From an uncultured Gemmatimonadales bacterium (GTDB lineage: Bacteria; Gemmatimonadota; Gemmatimonadetes; Longimicrobiales; Longimicrobiaceae): a stretch of 64,000 nucleotides of DNA. Both the position numbers and the translations under genes were made by a program. The notes below the pieces were generated by a model that did not search any database, was not told the DNA's origin, and saw nothing but the letters and a program-made list of their open reading frames with translations. Shown piece by piece: positions 37,421 through 46,068 of the stretch. Numbering within the stretch: the stretch's first letter is position 1; each line of letters begins with the position of its first letter. The stretch spans positions 7,392,001-7,456,000 of the forward strand of contig OY970303.1 of NCBI GenBank assembly GCA_963716255.1. The letters run 5' to 3'.

Positions 37421-40400
37421 ATGACCGCGCTTCCAGCAGCCTTTGCTTCACAACTCCCGCAGGAACTGGCTGCCCGCTTGTTGCTATATCCAGGCAACCC
37501 AAGCGCACTAAGTCGGCTGTGCGACTATTTTCTCGCTCAGCCTCATAGGCGACCAATCGCTCTCGTCGGCGCCGGCGCCTCAGCGCCGCTCCCCGGTTGG
37601 CAAGCCCTACTCTCGTCGCTTGGTCAACTGGCAGTTGATAGAGGGACTGCAACGCAACTTGAGATCGACGTGCTTCTTCGCACCGCCATCGACGACCCAT
37701 TGAAGGCCGCTGGAGAACTGTTTCGACTATTTGGGGACCGCAGACTGGCTCTCGCAGAGATTCGCCGCATATTTACATTACCAGACGGGCAGCCGCTTCA
37801 ATTGCATAGAGCCATTCTGAAGCTTCCGCTCAAGGGTTTGACAACCACAAACTACGACCTGGGACTCGCCTACGCATGGCGTGAAGAGCACTCCTTCGAT
37901 GAGGCCGGTGTCTCCGTGGGAACACACGCAATGCAGGACACTGTAAAGCAGTGGTTGGACCGTAGTATTTTCGATTCATTCACATCACCTATATTGCATC
38001 TGCATGGCTCAATTGATCAGCCGGCGGGCATGATACTCGATGATGAATCATACTCAAACCTGTATGGTCGGCGGAAGCAGCCGAATCCCTACGTTCGACT
38101 CATTGAAGACTTATGGCTACACAATACCTTGCTCTTGATTGGATTTAGCGGAAACGATCCCTTGCTCAGAAAGCTTGCCAAAGAGACCCTCTCCGGCTTT
38201 CAATGGGCCGGCACAACTCCTCAGCACATTGCCATCCTGCCGCTCGAACCTGATCGTCGCTCCCTTGTTCCTACAATTCGCAAGGAGTTCTACCGTGATT
38301 TCCGTGCAGATGTAGTGTTCTTCGATCCCAGCAGCCGCACTCCGGCGGGTCGGCGATTCGAAGACCTATCCGACTTGATTCTCGCACTTGCTCGCGCCTT
38401 CCCCAATTCGTCAGAGCTACTGCGAAGAGAAAAACTGTCAACAGACGAGCAGGTCTTCAAAAGAGCGGTGATATCCAGAACAAGGAACTATCTGCAAGAG
38501 CGAATTCCTAGGGCCAAACTCGTGGACTCGACGACGCGAACTCAAGACACAGTCTGGATTCCTCGTATACGCCCCGCAGCCAGTGAGGAGCAAACAGGGC
38601 CGCTGTCCGTTGATGTCACAACGATCTGCGCCGGTCCAGGCGCTGGAAAGTCCGTTCTCTCTCGCCTCCTAGCTCTATCTCTAATCGAAAATGATTCGGA
38701 CTCGCAGCTGGTTCGCGCTCTTCCGCAGTGGATTACAGATAGACGTTTGCCGCTCTTGATTGATCTGAAGAGGTTCGCAAACGATCTTCTAATAGGCCCC
38801 GAGAAACCATCCGAAGCAATTAGGCGGATCATCATCAGCGCATGGGGGCAGTCCGCTCAGATACTTCTTGACGGTCAAGTTTTTCATGCGAAAGGCATAC
38901 TAATACTTGACGCTCTAGAGGCATTGCTGTGGTCCTCAAGATCGATCTTTGGCGCCACGGATAATCCCGTCGTGGATGCAGATGACGTTTGTCGAAAAGT
39001 ACTAGTTGAGCTTCTGAAGTACTTCTCGGACGTTCCAGTTGTGATCCTTGCGCGACCGTTCGCCGGCGACTGGCTTCGAAACAGAGGTGTGCTACTATCG
39101 CGTCGATTCGAATTGGAGCCACTGACTTCCGACGACATCAAGGCAATATCAGAGTCCCACGTGGCGGGCGCGATATTGAATGGAGGAGGTGCCCCGAATG
39201 TGGGTCATGGATTGGGCTCAGTCGCGGCTCCCGCATTGACCCGCATTGCCACAACCCCGATGCTTGTGAAGCTCGCCGCCCAATCGCGCACCGATGCGCT
39301 TCCCAATAGCCACTTGACTGCACATCGCATGATCTCGGGATTCTTCGATCACGTGTTGCATCGAGGACTCCTGGATGAGGATGAAGCACCACCCCTACCC
39401 AACGCTACTCTAAGGGATTTGGCTAGATTGTTGGCGTTCCGAATTGCGGAGAAAGGTTCAACGGGACTGACGCGCGCGGAAGTACTAGATTGTGGAACTA
39501 CCTTCTCGATCGATGCAGAGGAAGCTCTCCTGGCATGCAAATGGCTGGAGAGCCGCACCGATCTGGTCGCCGTTGATGCAGACGGCGGTTTAAGCTTTTC
39601 GCATGATTGGTATCAAGAAACGCTTGCGGCTGAATGGATATCCCAACGATTCTCCGCCGAAGAAATGATCTCAGTGGCCGAGTCGCAACGACTGCACGAG
39701 ACTATGAAGTATGCGATCAGCTTCTCCAACTCCTACGTAGCTAGCAAGGTGGTCGAAGGCCTCCTATCTGTAGGGCGAACCCGCCTCGCATTGGGCGCCC
39801 TTGATTGGGCCTGGGACAAGCTTACTCCAAGAGACAAACAGCATCTTGAACCGACGCTGCTTGGCGCACGGTCCGATGAAAGTACCGACTGCGTTCTGAT
39901 GGCCGATTTCGCCGCTCGGCACGACGAACCCCTTACGGACACCCTGATACTCAAGTGGACGCTCCCGATACAGTGCCTAAGGACTGAGGATGCGATTGAA
40001 GCGCATAAAACATTGTCGTATGACGATAGTGAAGAGTTTGCCGACTGGCTTAGAGGATTTGCACGGCTTGCGGCGAACGCAAATACTCTGACGATTGATT
40101 CGAGCCGCATCGATGAAGCCATTCTTGCGCTACGCTTCAGTAACGACGTGGATTCGCCAAGCGGCGGAGTGTGGTCTAGCGCGAGTATTATTTGTCGCAC
40201 AATCGATGGCGGCCTATCGAATCTGACTGCCTTCGTGGAACTTTTTCAGTCGATAGTATCGAACACCAGCCCGGGAACCCTAAGCAGACTTGCACAGTGC
40301 GCAGCCAAGGCAGCGTCAGATCACCCTCAACAGGCCCTCGCTGCTGTCGCCCTTTGCGTTGAACGGCTCCAAAGCAACGCCAGAACTGAATTTATTCCAA

Positions 40401-40972
40401 GTGAGGCCGAAAGACTCATCGACATTGTTGAGCTGCTCCCTGTCAGCGAGTCACCAGCCTTTCAACTTGGCCTTTGCAATTCTCTCTTCGATCTGCTTTC
40501 AAGGTCGCGCAAAGCCTCGCTTAGGCGCCGCGTCCTTGCGCTACGCTCAAGGACGTTGGATTCACTCTCGGAGCACCTCGGCTCATGCGATTGGATTTGG
40601 AGGCCAGAAGCGTCCCGGCCTCCTAGGGCGACGCTACTGGCAATGGCAAGGGATGCGCTCTCAAGGGAGGCTACATCCCCGCCAAAGCTTGCGCGGTCGA
40701 AATCATCTCGGCGACGAAACCTACTTGACAGGTACATTGCTTCGTCCGGCCACCTCATTCATAAACTCAAGGCCAAGGACACGACAGGGAGATGGGCGTA
40801 TTACTTCGTGCTCGTAACCACCGGTCACGAACAGCGCTTCTTGAAGGCAATTGAGGGTGATGGCACCATTAATCTCGAAGATTACGGAAAGGTTGTCGCT
40901 TCCTGCTATGGTGAGGAGCCAAACGCGGAGCTCAAAGACTACTTGCTCGAAAAGTATGGATTTCATGTTTAG
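37421..40972 (+). CDS. Gene cassette 2: SIR2-like NADase fused to NACHT/STAND NTPase (NLR-like, putative anti-phage)
   Basis: SIR2: LVGAGAS, TTNYD, HLHGS, IGFSGNDP. NACHT: AGPGAGKS, ILILDALE, ILARP, TPML, FSHDWYQETLAA. GGAGG RBS before ATG 37421. Confidence 0.88.
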   Translation: MTALPAAFASQLPQELAARLLLYPGNPSALSRLCDYFLAQPHRRPIALVGAGASAPLPGWQALLSSLGQLAVDRGTATQLEIDVLLRTAIDDPLKAAGELFRLFGDRRLALAEIRRIFTLPDGQPLQLHRAILKLPLKGLTTTNYDLGLAYAWREEHSFDEAGVSVGTHAMQDTVKQWLDRSIFDSFTSPILHLHGSIDQPAGMILDDESYSNLYGRRKQPNPYVRLIEDLWLHNTLLLIGFSGNDPLLRKLAKETLSGFQWAGTTPQHIAILPLEPDRRSLVPTIRKEFYRDFRADVVFFDPSSRTPAGRRFEDLSDLILALARAFPNSSELLRREKLSTDEQVFKRAVISRTRNYLQERIPRAKLVDSTTRTQDTVWIPRIRPAASEEQTGPLSVDVTTICAGPGAGKSVLSRLLALSLIENDSDSQLVRALPQWITDRRLPLLIDLKRFANDLLIGPEKPSEAIRRIIISAWGQSAQILLDGQVFHAKGILILDALEALLWSSRSIFGATDNPVVDADDVCRKVLVELLKYFSDVPVVILARPFAGDWLRNRGVLLSRRFELEPLTSDDIKAISESHVAGAILNGGGAPNVGHGLGSVAAPALTRIATTPMLVKLAAQSRTDALPNSHLTAHRMISGFFDHVLHRGLLDEDEAPPLPNATLRDLARLLAFRIAEKGSTGLTRAEVLDCGTTFSIDAEEALLACKWLESRTDLVAVDADGGLSFSHDWYQETLAAEWISQRFSAEEMISVAESQRLHETMKYAISFSNSYVASKVVEGLLSVGRTRLALGALDWAWDKLTPRDKQHLEPTLLGARSDESTDCVLMADFAARHDEPLTDTLILKWTLPIQCLRTEDAIEAHKTLSYDDSEEFADWLRGFARLAANANTLTIDSSRIDEAILALRFSNDVDSPSGGVWSSASIICRTIDGGLSNLTAFVELFQSIVSNTSPGTLSRLAQCAAKAASDHPQQALAAVALCVERLQSNARTEFIPSEAERLIDIVELLPVSESPAFQLGLCNSLFDLLSRSRKASLRRRVLALRSRTLDSLSEHLGSCDWIWRPEASRPPRATLLAMARDALSREATSPPKLARSKSSRRRNLLDRYIASSGHLIHKLKAKDTTGRWAYYFVLVTTGHEQRFLKAIEGDGTINLEDYGKVVASCYGEEPNAELKDYLLEKYGFHV

Positions 40973-40994
40973 AGCAGTGATTTCGCGCAGTGCG

Positions 40995-41124
40995 GCCTAA
41001 CAGGTCGTTCAACCGGACGCGCTACGGCACCCGTCGCTTGGCCGCTCCAGGCCATCGTTGGGAATTGTCCTTCCGCGGCCAAGCCGCCGGCTGCCTCCGC
41101 GCGCCGCTTAACTCTGCGTTAGGC
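40995..41124 (+). mobile_element. Integron attC site
   Basis: GCCTAAC AGGTCG TTCAACCGG...CGCCGCTTAA CTCTGC GTTAGGC; canonical R''/L''/L'/R' layout, 130 bp. Confidence 0.92.
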
Positions 41125-41239
41125 CGCTGGACAAACGTCGCGGTAGTGTGGCCGATGCGGCTCGTACGGCGGCCTTCGTACGGTACTTACTCCCTCTCGT
41201 ATACGTACCCTAACCTCACCTTTACCTCTGGAGGACATC

Positions 41240-41707
41240 ATGCACGACGCGACCAGTGACAGCGCGATGGCTGGCCCCGAAGTAACTATCTCCGTGGATT
41301 TGGCTGCGGTTGTCCGGAAGGCGGAAAACGGCTTCTTCTCCAATCTCCCCGAAGCCGAGGCGATTGAATCCGCGGGTCGCTATCTCAAGTTTCTCACGCT
41401 TATCAAGCGATATCCGTATACTTCTCTTGCACCGACGCACGACATCGACGAGATGTGGCATGCGCATATGCTCCGTCCCGTTGCGTACTACCGCGACTGT
41501 ATCGCTAACTTTGGTGGGATCATCGATCATGACGGAGGTTTTGGCGCAGAGGAGCACGAGGTTCCGGTGCTCGCCGCAACGTTCCAGCACACCGCCGAGT
41601 TGTGGGAGAAGGAGTTTGGCGAGCCATACACGGCGAATGACTCACGCGGGGTTAAGTGCAAGCGCGATTGTGTCAACCGTTGCTGGCACGCCTGCAAGAG
41701 CAAGTAG
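41240..41707 (+). CDS. Gene cassette 3: glycine-rich-domain-protein (DUF1399/GRDP)-like protein with Cys-rich tail
   Basis: RYLKFLTL, APTHDIDEMWHAHML, IIDHD and TAELWEKEFGEPY; tail CKRDCVNRCWHAC; GGAGG RBS. Confidence 0.8.
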   Translation: MHDATSDSAMAGPEVTISVDLAAVVRKAENGFFSNLPEAEAIESAGRYLKFLTLIKRYPYTSLAPTHDIDEMWHAHMLRPVAYYRDCIANFGGIIDHDGGFGAEEHEVPVLAATFQHTAELWEKEFGEPYTANDSRGVKCKRDCVNRCWHACKSK

Positions 41708-41733
41708 GTCTCAACACGTCTCGCACGAAGGCG

Positions 41734-41840
41734 GCCTGACATTCGGTATATGGACTTCTCCCTCTCGCCCGGGGGGATCGTCGTTGAGAGAGCATCCCCG
41801 ACGCACGGCAGGGGGACGGGCTGGAGTCGTATATACGGCC
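41734..41840 (+). mobile_element. Degenerate attC-like site closing the array
   Basis: GCGGCCTGAC is one mismatch from the complement of the cassette 3 start GTTAGGCCGC; inner inverted repeat TATATGGACT...AGTCGTATATA; no R' GTT found. Confidence 0.45.
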
Positions 41841-42246
41841 TCGATTGTGGAGCCTCGCGGCCCCGGGCCAACCTGGAATTCGCGCGCCGGGTGCCAATCG
41901 CTGCAGCGGCCTCGAAGGCACGCGCTTGTCAACGAGATCACCCCGGCGGCGGTCCGACCGCTCTGCCGTGCGTCCAATCTTCTCTCCGCGCGCTGCCCCT
42001 AACGGGTCTGGTGCTCGCCGCCCACCGCTGGGAATGTTCCACGGCTCCCTCGTCACGGCCGCGTGACGACGACGCCGGCCCCGAGATCCCGCAGACCGAG
42101 CCGGGGGGCCGGCTCCAGGCTTCGGAGCCAGCCCCCCGGCGGCCGGCGAGTCGTCTTGATCGCGCGCAGTGCGGCGTGCCCTCCGCGGGAACCGCGTGGC
42201 CCTCCCTCGGGACGACGGCGCTCGCGGAGAGGCGGCCGGCGTGCGC

Positions 42247-43968
42247 TCAGAAGCGTGAGGCGTTGATCTCCACGTCCGCGTGCTCCCAGGCTTTGCGGAA
42301 GCGACGGCGCACCTCCTCCGTCGGCTTGCCCTGCGCCACCAGCGCCAGCTCCAGCCCCTTGAGCGACCAGCCGTTCTCCGGGTTGCGGTTGGGGATCACC
42401 GCGCCGGAGTCGTAGAAGCCCAGGTCCGTGAGATACGCCCGCTCCGCATCGGCCGCCTGGCCGAACCGCAGCAGTACCGCCCCCAGCGAGTGGCGCGCGG
42501 GGAAGTAGAACGGCGGCGGCTCGTCGTAGCGCAGGGAGTCCTGGATGCGTACCGCCGCCCGGAACGCGTTGATGGCCCCGAACGAGTTCCCACGGGCCGC
42601 CTGGAGCTCGCCTTCGAGCGTCATCGCCGCCAGCCGCAGCAGCTCCCGTCCAGAGTTGATGCTCTGGGACGGCACCGAGTCCGCGCCCGCGATCTCGATG
42701 ATCCGCACCATCTCGTCGAAGTGCGCCTTCGCGTCGTCGTAGCGCCCCGTCCGCACGTCCGCGAATCCGCGCGCGTAGTGCCAGGCGCCGCGCGCGAACT
42801 TCAGGTCCGCCGGAGGCGGAGTGACGCCGCGAAGCTCGTTCCACATGCCGAAGCGCACCATCACCACCCAGGGCGTCACCAGGAAGTGCTGGGTGTTGGG
42901 CCAGCGCCGCGCGCTGTCCGCCGGCCATTCGCGCGACTGGTCGTGCGCCGCGCCCAGCGAGCGGGCTCGCTCCCCCGCCATGCCCGCGGCGGACCAAAGG
43001 AACTCGAGGTTGTGGGCGAAGTAGCGCGGGTACCGGCCCAGCGCGCGGCGCGTGGCCAGGTACGCCGTGTCCGCCCTGACCGCGCTCTCGTTGGCCAGTA
43101 CGGCGTCGTGGTACCGCCCCATGCGCAGGTAGATGTGCGAGGGCATGTGCACGATGTGGCTGGCACCGGGCATCAGCGCGCCCAGCCGCTCGGCGCTCGG
43201 CATGGCGGCGTTCGGGTCCGACGACGCTTCCACGGCGTGGATGAAGAAGTGGTTGGCGCCGGGGTGGTCCCGCCACCGCGGGTCGTCCAGCACGCGGCGC
43301 AGCGCGGCGACCGCCTCGGGGGTCCCGGGCCGCGGCTGGCGGCCATCGCGCGACCACTGGTTCCACGGCGCCAGGTCCAGCAGCGATTCGGCGTACCACG
43401 TCGCGGCGTCGGGATCGTTGGGGTACCGGCGCGTCAACGTTTCCATGGTGGCCGCGTACACCGAGTCCTGGCGCTTGCGCACCCGCCGCACGTCCGTCGT
43501 GTTGCGAAAGTCGGGGAGCGGGTGGAAGCGGCGGGTGCCCGCCACGACGTAGTCGCGCTCCCACGCCGGCGCGCCGGCGATCCGCCGCTGCGCCGAGTCC
43601 ATGGCCGCGGCGGCCGCCCGCCAGCGCTCTTCGTTGATGTCCTGGTTGATGTCGGGCCCGTAGCTGGTGGCCACGCCCCACCAGCAGATGCCGCAGCCGG
43701 GATCCAGTCGCGCGGCCTCGCGAAAGGCCAGCATGGCCTCCATGTGGTTGAAGCCGTACAGCAGCCGCACGCCCTGGTCGAAGTAGCGCTGCGCCGCGGG
43801 AACGCGGGTGGAAATGGGCTTGCTATAGGTTCCCAGGTTGTCGAACAGCGGCACGCTGTCGCTGGCCGCGGCGGCGGGGCTGACGCCGTGATGCTGATGC
43901 TGCGCGAAGGCCGCCGAGGGGAACAGCGACAGCGCCGCCACGATCGCGACAGAACGAAGTGGGTGCAT
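42247..43968 (-). CDS. Secreted TPR-like protein with His-rich conserved motifs
   Basis: Signal peptide; AQRYFDQG..LYGFNH, HPGANHFFIHAVE, SHIVHMPSHIY, YDEPP and NGWSL; paralog at 47976. Confidence 0.85.
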   Translation of the reverse strand: MHPLRSVAIVAALSLFPSAAFAQHQHHGVSPAAAASDSVPLFDNLGTYSKPISTRVPAAQRYFDQGVRLLYGFNHMEAMLAFREAARLDPGCGICWWGVATSYGPDINQDINEERWRAAAAAMDSAQRRIAGAPAWERDYVVAGTRRFHPLPDFRNTTDVRRVRKRQDSVYAATMETLTRRYPNDPDAATWYAESLLDLAPWNQWSRDGRQPRPGTPEAVAALRRVLDDPRWRDHPGANHFFIHAVEASSDPNAAMPSAERLGALMPGASHIVHMPSHIYLRMGRYHDAVLANESAVRADTAYLATRRALGRYPRYFAHNLEFLWSAAGMAGERARSLGAAHDQSREWPADSARRWPNTQHFLVTPWVVMVRFGMWNELRGVTPPPADLKFARGAWHYARGFADVRTGRYDDAKAHFDEMVRIIEIAGADSVPSQSINSGRELLRLAAMTLEGELQAARGNSFGAINAFRAAVRIQDSLRYDEPPPFYFPARHSLGAVLLRFGQAADAERAYLTDLGFYDSGAVIPNRNPENGWSLKGLELALVAQGKPTEEVRRRFRKAWEHADVEINASRF

Positions 43969-44272
43969 TGGATGGAGCTCCGGGATCCGTGGTGGGGGGA
44001 CCGCGGGATGAATTCCTGGCACAAACAGGCTTACCATAGTATGCCTCCATCGTTGCACACAACCCCGGCCCGCCGGCGAGATTCTTCTCTCGCCGCTTTG
44101 CGGTGCCGGTTGCTCCCCGCTGGACACGGCGGGATGCGGGATGCGCGCTGTGGGCGGCGGCCGGGAAAGCACGGGTCCCCGCCGGGCGCGCCCTGCGGGG
44201 ACCTTTCCGTCTCCCGACCTCACCTCAAACGACCCGCGGGCGGCCGCCCGCGGCGCGGCCTTCCGCCAGCGC

Positions 44273-45925
44273 CTACCTCGCCGCCCCCACGTTCTTGGGA
44301 TCCACGTAGAAGTTGGGATCCACCCGGAACGCCGCCGCGCTCGGCAGGCTGAGCCGCGCCGTCTTCCACGCCGTGGTGGGCCGGATGACGGACAGCGAGT
44401 CGCCCGAAAGCGTCACCTTGATCGGCATGTCGAACCCGGGGACCACGTTGGCCCAGCGGTACGACAGCGTGGATCCCTGGATGCGGTACTCCAGCACCGG
44501 GACCATGGTGGTGGTCAGGTACTGCCGGAAGACGCGGTCTAGGTCCACCCCCGACTCGCGGCTGATGTACTGCTGCACCTCGCGCCCCGTCACCGTCTTG
44601 CGCCCGTACGTCGATTGCAGCCCCCGCAGGACGCGGCGCCACTTCTCGTCGTCGCCGATGACCTGGCGAATGGTGTGCAGCATCAGCCCGCCCTTGTCGT
44701 ACATGTCGCCCGAGCCCTCGCTCTGCACCCCGTAGACCCCCTGGATGGGCGCGGCGTTCTGCACGTTCTGGCGGCCGCCCCGGGCGTACGCGAACCCCGC
44801 CTCCCGGCCCTGCGTGCACTCCGTGTAGAGCGACTCCGAGTAGTTGGCGAAGCTTTCGTGCACCCACATGTCCGCGACGTCCTTGGTGGTCACGTGGTTG
44901 CCCCACCACTCGTGGGCGGACTCGTGGATGATGATGAAGTCCCACTCCATCCCGTGGCCCGTGCCCGAGCGGTCTCGCCCCAGGTAGCCGTTCTGGTACT
45001 TGTTGCCGTACGCCACCGCGCTCTGGTGCTCCATCCCCAGGTGCGGCGACTCCACCAGCTTGTAGCCGTCCTCGTACCAGGGGAACGGGCCGAACCAGCG
45101 CTCGAAGCACTGGAGCATGGGCTTCACCTGCCGGAACTGCGCGCGCGCCCGCTCCAGGTTGGCGGCCAGCGGCCAGAAGTCCAGCGTCAGCGTGCCGCGC
45201 TCGCCCGCGTACGTGTCGCCGAAGTGCGCGTACGTCCCCGCGTTCACCGCCACGTCGTAGTTGTTGATGGGGCTCGTCACGAACCACTCGTAGGTGGTGG
45301 TGCCGTCCCCGTTGCGGGTCGTGTTCCGCAGCCGCCCGTTGGACACGTCCACCATGGGGTCCGGCACGGTGACGGCGATGCGCTGGCTGTCCGGCTCCTC
45401 CGTCTGGTGGTCCTTGACGGGCCACCAGGCGCTCGCCCCCAGCCCCTGCACCGCGGTCGCCACCCAGCGGCTGCCGACGGTGTCCTTCGCCCACACCACG
45501 CCGCCGTCCCAGGGCGCGTTCTTCGCCGCGATCGGCTTGCCGTGGAAGTGCACGGTGAGCGTCCTGGACTCGCCCGCGCGCTGCGGCGAGGCCGGGGTGA
45601 CGAAGAAAGCGTTCCCCTCGCGGCGGAAGGCCAGGCGGCGGCCGTCCTGCACCATGCTGTCCACCTGCATGGGCTCCTGGAGGTCCACCTGCATCTCCCG
45701 GGACGGCTGCAGGACCCGGTAGGTGATGCCGTTGCGGCCGGCGATGCTGCTGTCCGCCGGGGACACGCGCACGTGCAGGTCGTAGAAGGTCACGTCCCAC
45801 CACGCGCGCTGCGGCGAGATGGAGCCGCGCAGCGTGTCGGCGCGGGTGAAGCGCGGGGCGTCCTGCGCCGCGGCGGCGGCCGCGGAGCCCGCGAGGAGGA
45901 CAAGGGCCAGGAGGATCTTTCGCAT
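44273..45925 (-). CDS. M1 family aminopeptidase (secreted)
   Basis: LGMEHQS, IIHESAHEWWGN, WVHESFANY and MYDKGG; signal peptide. Confidence 0.93.
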   Translation of the reverse strand: MRKILLALVLLAGSAAAAAAQDAPRFTRADTLRGSISPQRAWWDVTFYDLHVRVSPADSSIAGRNGITYRVLQPSREMQVDLQEPMQVDSMVQDGRRLAFRREGNAFFVTPASPQRAGESRTLTVHFHGKPIAAKNAPWDGGVVWAKDTVGSRWVATAVQGLGASAWWPVKDHQTEEPDSQRIAVTVPDPMVDVSNGRLRNTTRNGDGTTTYEWFVTSPINNYDVAVNAGTYAHFGDTYAGERGTLTLDFWPLAANLERARAQFRQVKPMLQCFERWFGPFPWYEDGYKLVESPHLGMEHQSAVAYGNKYQNGYLGRDRSGTGHGMEWDFIIIHESAHEWWGNHVTTKDVADMWVHESFANYSESLYTECTQGREAGFAYARGGRQNVQNAAPIQGVYGVQSEGSGDMYDKGGLMLHTIRQVIGDDEKWRRVLRGLQSTYGRKTVTGREVQQYISRESGVDLDRVFRQYLTTTMVPVLEYRIQGSTLSYRWANVVPGFDMPIKVTLSGDSLSVIRPTTAWKTARLSLPSAAAFRVDPNFYVDPKNVGAAR

Positions 45926-46068
45926 GGGCGAGACCGGGGTGGATGCCACGGGAGCCGCGGGGCGCGCCCCGCGGCCGACGACGGTGAAGCTCGGCCCGGA
46001 GGCCGCGGAAAGCAACCCGCGGGCGGCGCGGAAGTTCCCGCGCGGCCACCGGGAGGGCGTCGCGGCGG

